This document shows positions 15,310 through 24,285 of a DNA stretch of 24,285 nucleotides, piece by piece (the stretch's first letter is position 1; every line of letters begins with the position of its first letter). The position numbers and the translations under genes are program-made. The notes under the pieces are model-generated. The model had not been told where the DNA came from and did not search any database. It was given only the letters and a program-made list of their open reading frames with translations. The stretch is from a virus (taxonomy: Duplodnaviria > Caudoviricetes). The stretch lies in IMG/VR virus record IMGVR_UViG_3300023213_000033, positions 1 to 24,285 of that record. One strand, written 5' to 3'.

Positions 15310-16663
15310 CTCACCAGGCGGAGCAGCAGCAGGCGCCGCAGACGCCGCGGCGGATCTAGGAAGCATGAGTGAGTTTGTAGACGACGTCCAAGACCAAGGC
15401 AGTGCGGACCAGGGCGCAGACCAGGGAGCCGCGGATCAAGGTCAGGGGCAGGACCAAGATCAAGGCCAACGCCAGGAACAAGATCAAGGCCAAGGCGACA
15501 AAGAGCAGCGAGCCCCGGAAGAGCTTTCAGAGTACAAAGGCACCGTATCTGCCAGGCTAAAACAGCTTGGCAAAGACGCGCCGGAACTCAATCAGGTCTT
15601 GAACAAATATCCCCGCGTCCGAGATGCAATCGCCGCCGTTTTCAGGCGCGAAGCTGCGACTCGAGAGATGTTCCCGGGCGGAATCAAAGAGATGCAGGAA
15701 CTTCGCGAAACCTTTCCCCGCGGCATGGCGGATGTGAAGGAAGTTTTGACACAGATCGACGAGGTAGAAGCGCTCGATTCCCAATTCTACACAAAGAACG
15801 CGGACGGACAGTATCCCGGCCATGGAAGTTTCATCGAAAATCTGCTGAACCAGGATCGAGAGGCGACTCTCTCCCTTATGGAGCGCGTGCCGGCAGCCTG
15901 GGCGAAGGCGGATCCACAAGGTTATGACAAAGTTTTCGGCAAAATCATGTGGAAGACGTTTGAGCAGGATCGACTCCCGGAGCACGTCGAAATCCTTTTG
16001 GACCTTGCCGACAAACTGAAAAATAACGAGTTAATGACTCGAGTGCAACAGCTTGCCGGCTGGGTCAATAAGTTCCGAGAGGAGAGGGCGAAGGAGCCAA
16101 CGGCGGAAGAGCGCCGCTTCCGAGCCGAGAGAGATGAATTCAATCGCCAGCGCGCCGACAGGGACCGCGAAGAATTCCAGCGGTTCAATGAGAGTTTCAT
16201 CTCGGAATCGGTGAAATTTCAGAAGGAGCTAATACAGAATCATCCGCTCATCAAACGCTTGCCGAGTAGTATCCCGCCGGCAAAGCGAGCGCGCATGGTT
16301 GAGGACATCCGCAAACGGATCGTCACGTATCTGGATAAGATTCGACCCTTCAAATCGGCTTTCAATAGCGCGTACTTCTCGAAAAATAGACAAGGACTCA
16401 TGGACGCTCAGAAGAACTACTGGACTCCATGGCTCCTTAATCTGTATACTCGCAAAGTGTTGGCGGAAGAAACGCCTGGCCTCGTGGCGATGAATCGCGG
16501 AGGCACTCCAGTTAGGCGGCCGGCGGCTAAAGGCACCGGTCAGCGCCAGGCGCCAGCCAACAACAAGAATTTCAAGGACACCCGCGGCCAATGGCATAAG
16601 CCGGATGGAACCTTGTTCACGACTCAAGAGGTGCTTCGCGGATTGCACCTGGTAGGCCAGTAA
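15302..16663 (+). CDS. Putative scaffolding / head-assembly protein
   Basis: GGAG RBS; acidic DQG-repeat N-terminus, charged helical body; directly upstream of the capsid gene. Confidence 0.72.
   Translation: MGNSPGGAAAGAADAAADLGSMSEFVDDVQDQGSADQGADQGAADQGQGQDQDQGQRQEQDQGQGDKEQRAPEELSEYKGTVSARLKQLGKDAPELNQVLNKYPRVRDAIAAVFRREAATREMFPGGIKEMQELRETFPRGMADVKEVLTQIDEVEALDSQFYTKNADGQYPGHGSFIENLLNQDREATLSLMERVPAAWAKADPQGYDKVFGKIMWKTFEQDRLPEHVEILLDLADKLKNNELMTRVQQLAGWVNKFREERAKEPTAEERRFRAERDEFNRQRADRDREEFQRFNESFISESVKFQKELIQNHPLIKRLPSSIPPAKRARMVEDIRKRIVTYLDKIRPFKSAFNSAYFSKNRQGLMDAQKNYWTPWLLNLYTRKVLAEETPGLVAMNRGGTPVRRPAAKGTGQRQAPANNKNFKDTRGQWHKPDGTLFTTQEVLRGLHLVGQ
15393..15498 (+). repeat. Imperfect GAYCARGGN repeats encoding DQG units
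   Basis: DQGSADQGADQGAADQGQGQDQDQGQRQEQDQGQG. Confidence 0.75.
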
Positions 16664-16776
16664 ACTCCGCGCCAATAGCAAAAGCGAGACGAATAGAACG
16701 GTAAAGTAGCGGGCTCCGTTCTCCCGGTGGATCGCTAAGAGGAAGCGAAAAATCCATCGAAGGGAGAGCTTTGGCT

Positions 16777-18036
16777 ATGGCACCTCCAAGCAATGTCCAA
16801 AGTATTGCCCTCCAGTTGGAAAAAGTGCGTAAGACGGTTCCTACGGCATACGAGCAGGAGCATATCTGGCTCGACTTGCTTGAAAAGCGCGGCGACGTCC
16901 TTGACGTCTCTTCGCGCAACATCCGTCTCCCGCAACTCATCCGGCCAGGAGGCAAATTCAGTCAAGGTACAGGCGACTTTGACGACATGGGACGCGGTTC
17001 CGGTTCGACCTGGGACGTTGGGACTTTGTCCACGCTCCAGTTCCGGTTCGCATTCGAAGTTTCAAAGCTTGCCGAATATGCGACCAAGGGGAACGATAAG
17101 GCCGTTGAAGATGTGGCCGTCCGCGAAGTAGCGGAAGCTATGAAGATGTTCAAGCGGGCGCTCGACTGCGTAGCTTGGACAAACGGCACCGGGCAACTCG
17201 ACACGATTGTGGCGATTTCCGGTACGACCCTGACGGTCAACAACCCCAACCTGTTCTATTTCAACCAAGACATTCAGGTGTATCCAACCGGCCTGGCATC
17301 CGCATCCCGCGGGCTTGCCACGGTTACGGCCGTGGATCCACTTCTGAAGAGCATCACGCTCAACGCTTTGCCCCCAGGTACGATTGTCGGAGATGCCCTG
17401 GTAATCAACATCTCGCAGGGCGCTGGCGGCGCGAATCCAGTTTCCTTGGAAGGCCTGCTCTACAACCATGTGGACAGTCAGTCAGGAACCTGGAACAACC
17501 TTTCGCGCTCCACCTATCCCGAAGCGCTGAAGACTCCTCACGTTGCGGCTGGCGGCGCGGTTATTACGCCAGCTCTGCGGCGCCTGGGAGAATTCAAGCT
17601 TCGGCGCGTTTTGGGAGCGAACTTCAATGAGGCGATGTTTGCCCTGATGAACGTTGACCAGCTCGCGGCTTGGGAAAATGCCGGGATCACCGTAGCAACG
17701 GTCATTCAGAACCAGCTTGGCGGAGAAAACTCCATCGACATGCTCAAGAAAAAGCCTCCGAAGACATTCGGCGGAATTGATATTGAGCTCTCGATTCACG
17801 CGACGATTGCCCGCATTGACGTTGTGCTTCCCAAGCACTGGGGACGCGGCGTCACGAAGGATGTCGGGTTCTTTGAGGAAGGCGGACAAACCGTTTTCCC
17901 GATTTACGGACCCTCGGGCGGCCTCGTTGCCGGCTACATCAGCTATCTCGATGTGGTCTTTAACATGTTTATGGACCAACCTCGATATGGTATCTTTTGG
18001 GATGGACTTTCCTCCCTTAGCAGCTTGGGTTATTAA
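16777..18036 (+). CDS. Major capsid protein
   Basis: GGAGAG RBS 8 nt before ATG 16777; about 420 aa; follows the scaffold gene; FKRALD..AW.NGTG, EGL, and C-terminal DQPR are capsid-like features. Confidence 0.85.
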   Translation: MAPPSNVQSIALQLEKVRKTVPTAYEQEHIWLDLLEKRGDVLDVSSRNIRLPQLIRPGGKFSQGTGDFDDMGRGSGSTWDVGTLSTLQFRFAFEVSKLAEYATKGNDKAVEDVAVREVAEAMKMFKRALDCVAWTNGTGQLDTIVAISGTTLTVNNPNLFYFNQDIQVYPTGLASASRGLATVTAVDPLLKSITLNALPPGTIVGDALVINISQGAGGANPVSLEGLLYNHVDSQSGTWNNLSRSTYPEALKTPHVAAGGAVITPALRRLGEFKLRRVLGANFNEAMFALMNVDQLAAWENAGITVATVIQNQLGGENSIDMLKKKPPKTFGGIDIELSIHATIARIDVVLPKHWGRGVTKDVGFFEEGGQTVFPIYGPSGGLVAGYISYLDVVFNMFMDQPRYGIFWDGLSSLSSLGY

Positions 18037-18040
18037 CAAG

Positions 18041-18069
18041 TTGCAAGTCGTTTCTGGATTTACTATGAT
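18041..18069 (+). promoter_or_regulatory. sigma70-like promoter for the EndoVII gene (likely leaderless transcript)
   Basis: TTGCAA (18041-18046), 17-nt spacer, TATGAT (18064-18069); ATG lies 6 nt after the -10. Confidence 0.6.
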
Positions 18070-18075
18070 TCAGGA

Positions 18076-18612
18076 ATGGACATCGGAAATCAACGGCAGG
18101 GGGCCGTTCCATGCGATACATGCGGACGGCCCAAGTTGCTTTCAACATCAAACCGCAATCGCGGCCAACTCCGCACTTGTACGTACTGCAGGCAGCAACG
18201 TTGGCGCGACGCGAACGGCGATAAAATCGTGCAGGCGAATGCCGATCACTACAAGGCGAATCGTCAGTACCATATCGACAAAGCGAAGAACTGGCGGATT
18301 CACCACCGCGACCGCCATGCGCTTCTCAGTTGGCACGCGAAATTGCGAAGTCATTTTTCTACGCCGGAATATTACGATGCGAAGTTCGCAGAGCAGAAAG
18401 GCCGCTGCGCCATCTGTGAGAAGCCGAAAGGACCGCGACGTCTTGACCAGGACCATTGCCATGAGAAGCGCAAGCCCCGCGGGCTTCTCTGCAATCGCTG
18501 CAATCGTGAAGTAGGTCAGTACGAAGCTTTGCGACCGAAGATTGCGGCGATAGAAAGTTATCTCGGGAAATACGCACAGGAGGAAAAAGCATGCACCACA
18601 CCACCACCATAG
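18076..18612 (+). CDS. Endonuclease VII-family (probable homing) endonuclease
   Basis: Q.GRCAIC...LDQDHCH....RGLLCNRCN; N-terminal CxxC pairs. Confidence 0.9.
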   Translation: MDIGNQRQGAVPCDTCGRPKLLSTSNRNRGQLRTCTYCRQQRWRDANGDKIVQANADHYKANRQYHIDKAKNWRIHHRDRHALLSWHAKLRSHFSTPEYYDAKFAEQKGRCAICEKPKGPRRLDQDHCHEKRKPRGLLCNRCNREVGQYEALRPKIAAIESYLGKYAQEEKACTTPPP

Positions 18613-19013
18613 GGCCCGTAAAGGACGAAGACGGAAAAGACCTTCCGTTCAAGACGTTCCAAATCAAGGGCCTAGTCGAATCAAACAACCCGACTGAGCT
18701 TCTTACGGATGCGGAATTTGCCGCACTGACGCTCGACGATGCGAATTTCACGCGCACGGCGGGCGGAGGGTTTGAGTACAGTTTCGCCGTTCACGTCGAT
18801 CAGTCGAAACTTGCTCGAATCGTTGCGGAACAGATCCGCCAGGCGAAGGCGAAGGCTGCATCCGATGCGGAGAAGGCCAAGGAGCAGCAAGCCGACCAGC
18901 ACAAGGCCGCACTCCAGGAAGCTTACGACAAGGGGAAGAAGGATGCGGAGCTCGAGGTTGCACGCGCAGCCGGCGCAGCTTCCGTGAAAGAAGGCTCAAC
19001 AAAGGTTCAGTAA
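18591..19013 (+). CDS. Hypothetical protein with helical Ala/Lys/Glu-rich C-terminus
   Basis: AGGAGG RBS located inside the EndoVII gene. Confidence 0.8.
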   Translation: MHHTTTIGPVKDEDGKDLPFKTFQIKGLVESNNPTELLTDAEFAALTLDDANFTRTAGGGFEYSFAVHVDQSKLARIVAEQIRQAKAKAASDAEKAKEQQADQHKAALQEAYDKGKKDAELEVARAAGAASVKEGSTKVQ

Positions 19014-19675
19014 TGAAACACGACGAAGAGGCGATTGAGCACCACGAGTGCCCGGAAGATGTGAAAAGGTGGCTCGCGCTTGCCGGAGGCGTCAACCGGT
19101 ATGGCGAGCCACGCTTTCGGGTTGTATGGGGTTACGACCGGATTGTACCCATCACCGGAAACTGGGAGAACTGGGAAGAGGAGATTGTGCCAGACCTGCA
19201 CCCCACGGCTCGCCCAGGCGCTACCCGAAAAGTCATCCGGCTTGTGAGCTCCATTGTCGAAACGCGGCACGTTCCGAAGTACCTTCCCGGGAACTGTTGG
19301 TTTCTCGAGTGTTGGCGACCTCCCGAAGAGTACGGCACGCCCGAGAGCTGGCGGAAGCTGGGAGAAGAAGTTTGGAACGGGCAAACGGTTGATACGGCCG
19401 GCCCATTCCCGGAGCGCGGAGAATACGAACTCGTCATGCCCCTGACGCATAACGGGCTTTATACAGGGACGCCAATGGTTCTCAACGGCACGGTCGCCGT
19501 AATGATCGTAGACATGATTCGGAAGAGCAAAGAGGACTTCACTCCAGCTCAAAGAAAGGCCGCCATTGAGCAGGCTGCGGCCTATAAAGACAAAGAGTTT
19601 GTCCGGGTAACGTGTGACAGGTTGAAAGATAACCTGCGCCCGTTCGCCGGCGAAACAAGCGTCACAGTCCACTAA
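19013..19675 (+). CDS. Hypothetical phage protein
   Basis: TAATG coupling; GGVNRYGEPRFRVVW segment. Confidence 0.8.
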   Translation: MKHDEEAIEHHECPEDVKRWLALAGGVNRYGEPRFRVVWGYDRIVPITGNWENWEEEIVPDLHPTARPGATRKVIRLVSSIVETRHVPKYLPGNCWFLECWRPPEEYGTPESWRKLGEEVWNGQTVDTAGPFPERGEYELVMPLTHNGLYTGTPMVLNGTVAVMIVDMIRKSKEDFTPAQRKAAIEQAAAYKDKEFVRVTCDRLKDNLRPFAGETSVTVH

Positions 19676-19710
19676 CGCGCCGGGGCGCGCAAGACCCCGA
19701 AGGAGAAAAA

Positions 19711-20556
19711 ATGGCAGAAGCACATATCATCATCAATGTTGGGCCCATTGAAGTGATTCACGGAAACGGGCTATCTGGGCAACATCGAGTACCTCCACGA
19801 GACGACCAGGGCAATTTCGGCATGCTCGTGGTTTACCCAACCCCTGAAATCCAAGATATCGGGGACCAGCGGCGCACGGTCCATTGGCTCAAATCCCTTC
19901 CTCTCGCAAAGGATATCTGCGGGGAACGCAGTGAGTTTTCGAACTATGCGAAGTGGGGAGTCCTCCGCTGCAGTTTCGAGCCGGAAATGCCAAAGGAGCT
20001 CCTGGCCGCAATCGAAGAGGAGATGGAATTCCTCAATAACAACGTGCCAGAAGTAAAGTATCAGAAGAAAGATGGCGTCATGGTTGCAATCAACGTCGAA
20101 GACGCCGACGTGAAAAAGGAAAAGGTACGACTTTCTAAGCGAGTGCAGCTTGAGCGCGCCAAGTTTGAGAAGACTTGCCGAGACGCCGTCACCAAAGAGG
20201 AAATCTCGAGGGCCGCGACGACCATGCGGAACAACTGGAAGCGCATGGTTGCGGATGGCGACACGCTCTGGGGCGGAGATGCCCAGGCGAAGCGCGATAT
20301 CTCGGACCTGCACAAGACAGCTTGCCGGGAGCTCGGGATCGAGCGCCAGTGGTGTTACGTCCCAACAGAAGCTTTTGCTTGCCCAGGCTGCGGCAAGGGT
20401 TGCCCGGTTGGAACGATCACTTGCGGCAGTTGCGGCGCCATCTTTGATCGAGAAATCAAGGATTACGCCAGGATGACGAACCAGGAAAAGGCGCGGGCTC
20501 TTTACCCGGAGCGGTATCAACACAAGGAGCAAACGCAAACGCCAGCGAGGGTATAA
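19711..20556 (+). CDS. Hypothetical protein with C-terminal zinc ribbon
   Basis: AAGGAG RBS; CPGCG...CGSCG. Confidence 0.8.
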   Translation: MAEAHIIINVGPIEVIHGNGLSGQHRVPPRDDQGNFGMLVVYPTPEIQDIGDQRRTVHWLKSLPLAKDICGERSEFSNYAKWGVLRCSFEPEMPKELLAAIEEEMEFLNNNVPEVKYQKKDGVMVAINVEDADVKKEKVRLSKRVQLERAKFEKTCRDAVTKEEISRAATTMRNNWKRMVADGDTLWGGDAQAKRDISDLHKTACRELGIERQWCYVPTEAFACPGCGKGCPVGTITCGSCGAIFDREIKDYARMTNQEKARALYPERYQHKEQTQTPARV

Positions 20557-21333
20557 ATGCCGGTTCTCCCAAGCACAGCGTATAACACGGTCGAAGCTGT
20601 TTTGCTTCGGGCCCGGGCCATGTTGAATGACATGGAAATCCAAGGGGGCGACGTGCTTACCGACACGGCGCCCTTTACGATGCAGTTCGTTTCAATAGCT
20701 TACGAGATGATCCAGCGCCGCATGGCGACCGTGGGAGTCGAGACGAACATCGACTATTTTTGGCTCCTGAATCTGCCAACAGTCCCAACGCAGGATCCAG
20801 AAGCGCGGCTGATAATCAGCGATAGCGGAACGTCTGTCACGTTTCCAAGTGGTGCCGGCGGATTCAGCCAGGCTCAACCGTCTTTGCCAACCAATCTGGT
20901 TGTGCCCAAGAAGCTTTGGGAACGCCAAAACGGGACGGTCAATTATCCATCGCCCATGAAGGAACGTATCGGCGGGCTGAATACGATGGTGCAGCAGACA
21001 TTCCTCGTGGACTGGGAATGGGTGGCCGACACCCTCCAGTTTCGCGGCGCCCTGCAGGGCCAAGATGTCAAAATCAAGTTTGAGAAGGCACTGCAGCCGG
21101 TTGTAACGGTTAATGATCCGGTCCCAATTCGCGGGGTTACAAACGCGGCAGCCTTCTATCTCGTTGAGGCGTTCCTGGCATCCCGCGGAGAGCCGATGGT
21201 AGCTCAAATGGATGCCATCGCGATTGATGAGCTGAAGCAACTCAAGAATTCCTCTGTTCGCAGGCGGCAGAGAATTAAGCATCGCAGGCGCCCGTATCGC
21301 GGTTTCGGCGGTCGCCAGTATCCGGTTCTTTAG
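20557..21333 (+). CDS. Putative head-tail adaptor (gatekeeper-like) protein
   Basis: Size and position; TVEAVLLRARAMLND N-terminal helix typical of adaptors; Arg-rich tail. Confidence 0.65.
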   Translation: MPVLPSTAYNTVEAVLLRARAMLNDMEIQGGDVLTDTAPFTMQFVSIAYEMIQRRMATVGVETNIDYFWLLNLPTVPTQDPEARLIISDSGTSVTFPSGAGGFSQAQPSLPTNLVVPKKLWERQNGTVNYPSPMKERIGGLNTMVQQTFLVDWEWVADTLQFRGALQGQDVKIKFEKALQPVVTVNDPVPIRGVTNAAAFYLVEAFLASRGEPMVAQMDAIAIDELKQLKNSSVRRRQRIKHRRRPYRGFGGRQYPVL

Positions 21334-21341
21334 GAGGCACT

Positions 21342-21722
21342 ATGGCAATGCAGGTTCAGATTACCCAGATGGAAGCTTCTGGGCAGCAACTCTACATCAC
21401 GTTCAATGCCGTCGCGAGCGGAAACTATTCGACTGGCGGAGACATCATCGACTTTACCAAGGCCGTGACGCAGGCTTCAAACTTCAACGCCTTGTGGTCG
21501 GGAGCTGTCGAAGCTTCGCTGGCTCCGGTGAACCTGTCCGTGTGGTCTGCCGGCGGAAACCTGGCACGCGACTATGTTGCGGTCCAGGCTGGGATAGCCA
21601 CGAGCAAAATCAAGATGAACACGACCAAGGGTTCTACGACAGAGCTTGCGGCCGGCGCTTATCCTGGCGACGTCACAGCCGACACGATCCAGGGATCTGT
21701 CACTTTCAACAAGCTGCTGTAA
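21342..21722 (+). CDS. Small virion protein (decoration-like)
   Basis: AGGAGG RBS; NYSTGG and ELAAGAY beta-sandwich-like pattern. Confidence 0.7.
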   Translation: MAMQVQITQMEASGQQLYITFNAVASGNYSTGGDIIDFTKAVTQASNFNALWSGAVEASLAPVNLSVWSAGGNLARDYVAVQAGIATSKIKMNTTKGSTTELAAGAYPGDVTADTIQGSVTFNKLL

Positions 21723-21734
21723 TGCGAGGGATCC

Positions 21735-24285
21735 TTGACCATCGCCGGCAAAACAGATGTTGGCGTCGATCTTTGGGGCGGCTACTGCCCGTCGATGCCG
21801 GCTGCACAGCTTCCACAGGGCGCCTCCCCTAACTGTCAGGACGTAGTGTTTCCGATGGGCGCGGTTCGTTCCCGGCCGCGCCTGTTCTCTTTCTTTCCAG
21901 CTCTTGCCGGCAATCCCACAATCAACGGCGCAAAAGTCTATGCCGCGCTCGCCCAAAACATCCTGCTCTTGCTTGATTCGCTCGGGAATCTCTGGGCGGA
22001 AACCGTTCCTGGGAGTCTCACTCTCGTCCAAGGCGGCTTGGTCCCGGGCACGTTTATGAATGGCGTGAACCTCTTCGGGCGATTCTATTTCGGATTGTTT
22101 GACAAATTCGGCGGAGAGGATATCCCGCGGCAGTACGATGGAACGAACCTCGACCGGGTCAGCCAGATCGGGCCGGCGGTGGCGCCTGCGGCGGTGGACG
22201 AAAACGTGGTTTGGAATCTTGCTGGCGGCACGAGCGGCGCGATTGCCGGAAATACCGGAATCGGCACGGTCAGTGAAGCCGGCTTTGTTGTCACGCTAGT
22301 GACCGGATTGTTGAGCGGCTTCTTTCCGTACTTGCGAGTGGGGGATCCAATCCAAGTAACAGGCGTCGGCGTAGGCGGATATAACGGGACGTTTGCAATC
22401 GCGTCCTTGAGCGCGGATGGGAAGACGCTGACTTATGTGAACACCGTCTCAGGCCTGGCGAATTCCTCTGGCGGAACGATCAACTTCCCGATTGTCACCT
22501 ACACACCTGCCACCGGATCGACTCCGGTCGCCTATGCTGACGGGCAACTCGTCACAATCGCTGGCGTAGGCGTGGCTGGGTATAACGTTGCGAACCAAAA
22601 AGTGCGCGCCAGTTCCGTGCCTGGGATCCTTGGCTACGGCGGCTATCCGGTCGGCTCCGGCGATATCGTTGCGTTCCTTGGATCTGGAGCGTTTGGGCTT
22701 GCGGCCTCTGGCGGGGGAACGGTCGCGAATGCCGGCAACATTGTGGCTGGTCTTCATGGCGTTACGCTAGTCTATATCACGCGCCAGGGCTTTATCACCT
22801 GCCCGGCACCTCCCATCTTCTGGACTTCGGTTGGCAACAAGCGCGCCGTTATCGGGCCCATTTCGAAAGGACCGCCAAACGTCATTCAAAGGCTTTTGCT
22901 GTTCACTGAGGTCATTATGCCGCCGGCGACGACAGGGACATTTTTTTCGCTGCCAGGCACATCCATGCTCGTTCAGGACAACACAACGACGTTTGTTACT
23001 GTCGATTTCTTGGATGGCACGCTTGCTGCTGGTTTTAACGGGCAATATCTGTTCGCGCAGGTCGAGCTCGGAGAATGCGCCGCAGTCAGCGACTACAATT
23101 CGCGGCTGATTTGGATTCGAGAGCGGAACAAAGTGAAAGCAGATGGAGGCGGAGGCGGCTTTACGAATCTAACCTTCGACGGCTCGGACACTTCGCCTGG
23201 CTTCCCGCCTGGCTGGACGCCTGACAGTAGCGCGGCACTGAGCGGTGGCGGGTCGCTGACGACGCTTGCCTATTGGGGATGCGCTTACTTGATTTTAGGT
23301 GATGGAGTCTCGGCCGTTCGCGGCCGTATCTCGCAAACGGCCGTCCAGGATTATCTTGGCAACCAACTCCTCCAGCTCAATACTTCTTACTCCGCCCGCA
23401 TTCGTGCGCGCTTTTCCGGGCCAGCGCCTACGCAGGGCACATTCAATGTAGAGATTTTCAGCCCATCGGCAGGTTCGCTGGGCATTTTCACCGTTGCAGC
23501 TACTTCGCTAACCTCTGGCTTTACCGAATTTTCCGGGGCGCTCATGGCGGCGCAGACGGCAATTCCGTCCGATACGCTTCTGCGGATAGATGCGCGTGGC
23601 ACGCTTGCGCCGAATATGGCAACAATCATCGTAGACTGCCTTGAGCTGTTCCCGACAAAGACGCCCTTTAATCTCAACCTGGCGCGCACAAGCCATGCAA
23701 ACAATCCGGAATCTTTCGATGGCCTTCTCGACCAGATCCAGATTCAAGCTTTAGGCGATATCGGGCCGGCCGGCGTCCAGGGCTTGCAAGCAGTTTGGAA
23801 GATCCGGTCAAATCTCTACTTGGCGAAAGACCACTATCTTTGCTACGTCACAGACGATGGGGCGAATGAACCGTCTGTCTGGCAGGTCCAGGAGGTTTCA
23901 AACACCATCGGCTGTTGCGGGCCTAACGCCTGGGATGGGACAGAGGAATGGGTTTGCATGGCGGAACGCTCCGGGATGTACTACACGACTGGGTCAGATC
24001 CTATGAAGGTTTGCCAGGAAATCCAAGAAGATGTTTCGCAGAGCGGAAAGCCCAACTGGAACGCCACTAACTGGACGGCTGGCTTTACGGCATGGCTCTT
24101 GGTCGATCACCTTTCGAAGCGGATTCTCTGCGGGCTCCCGCTGAACGGCGCCGCATCTCCGAATCTCGTCTTCCACATGGACTACAAATTTGCTCCTACA
24201 GGCGAAGCAATGGCCTCGAGCCAAGCTCCAACCTACTCAACGTTTACCGGAAGGATCCTTGTCCACGGCAATGCGCGCAAGTGGT
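21735..24285 (+). CDS. Large tail nozzle/stabilisation-type structural protein (3' truncated)
   Basis: Not in the ORF track because it has no stop. TTG after GAGGG gives MTIAGKTDVGVDLWGG...LPQGASPNCQDVVF...VRSRP; the same frame reads sensibly at the window end; later TIGCCGPNA segment. Confidence 0.8.
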   Translation, partial: MTIAGKTDVGVDLWGGYCPSMPAAQLPQGASPNCQDVVFPMGAVRSRPRLFSFFPALAGNPTINGAKVYAALAQNILLLLDSLGNLWAETVPGSLTLVQGGLVPGTFMNGVNLFGRFYFGLFDKFGGEDIPRQYDGTNLDRVSQIGPAVAPAAVDENVVWNLAGGTSGAIAGNTGIGTVSEAGFVVTLVTGLLSGFFPYLRVGDPIQVTGVGVGGYNGTFAIASLSADGKTLTYVNTVSGLANSSGGTINFPIVTYTPATGSTPVAYADGQLVTIAGVGVAGYNVANQKVRASSVPGILGYGGYPVGSGDIVAFLGSGAFGLAASGGGTVANAGNIVAGLHGVTLVYITRQGFITCPAPPIFWTSVGNKRAVIGPISKGPPNVIQRLLLFTEVIMPPATTGTFFSLPGTSMLVQDNTTTFVTVDFLDGTLAAGFNGQYLFAQVELGECAAVSDYNSRLIWIRERNKVKADGGGGGFTNLTFDGSDTSPGFPPGWTPDSSAALSGGGSLTTLAYWGCAYLILGDGVSAVRGRISQTAVQDYLGNQLLQLNTSYSARIRARFSGPAPTQGTFNVEIFSPSAGSLGIFTVAATSLTSGFTEFSGALMAAQTAIPSDTLLRIDARGTLAPNMATIIVDCLELFPTKTPFNLNLARTSHANNPESFDGLLDQIQIQALGDIGPAGVQGLQAVWKIRSNLYLAKDHYLCYVTDDGANEPSVWQVQEVSNTIGCCGPNAWDGTEEWVCMAERSGMYYTTGSDPMKVCQEIQEDVSQSGKPNWNATNWTAGFTAWLLVDHLSKRILCGLPLNGAASPNLVFHMDYKFAPTGEAMASSQAPTYSTFTGRILVHGNARKW

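Noticed and set aside
15393-15498. CRISPR-like or regulatory repeat array
   Set aside because: Short degenerate repeats fully explained by DQG coding in the scaffold N-terminus.
17717-18514. 265-aa + strand ORF bridging the capsid and EndoVII genes (possible frameshift extension of the capsid)
   Set aside because: Translation is not protein-like, it overlaps two good genes, and I saw no clear slippery site near the capsid stop.
12426-21282. Long minus-strand ORFs (e.g. 12426-13232, 17482-18039, 19007-19723, 19771-20643, 20692-21282)
   Set aside because: Antisense shadows of well-supported + strand genes with no recognisable motifs.

Overview
A 24.3 kb segment of a tailed dsDNA phage or prophage with essentially all genes on the + strand. 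From left to right: the end of a DNA-metabolism block (RusA resolvase, small Cys-rich ORFs, HNH endonuclease); a cluster of very small early-type genes (1.85-4.1 kb) ending at a terminator; a G-rich, probably non-coding stretch; a two-frame C5 DNA methyltransferase; accessory genes; terminase small and large subunits; seven accessory genes; portal; GIY-YIG endonuclease; scaffold-like protein; major capsid protein; EndoVII-type endonuclease; head-completion genes; and a large podovirus-style tail/nozzle gene that runs off the window. Main observations: (1) three copies of a hairpin with covarying stems and a conserved NYUGACAM loop fused to AAACU(U)GGAGG, two of them directly behind sigma70-like promoters that carry a TTATG-N10-CATAA palindrome; (2) a methyltransferase apparently split over two almost fully overlapping frames, with tandem WPTP modules and an apparent ATA start; (3) strong, left-polarised CTCGAG enrichment; (4) a shared HVSPS[KR] C-terminal tag on two unrelated small basic proteins; (5) three homing-endonuclease families, one of which seems to have captured the portal C-terminus. 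All calls come from reading motifs by eye; no database search was run.
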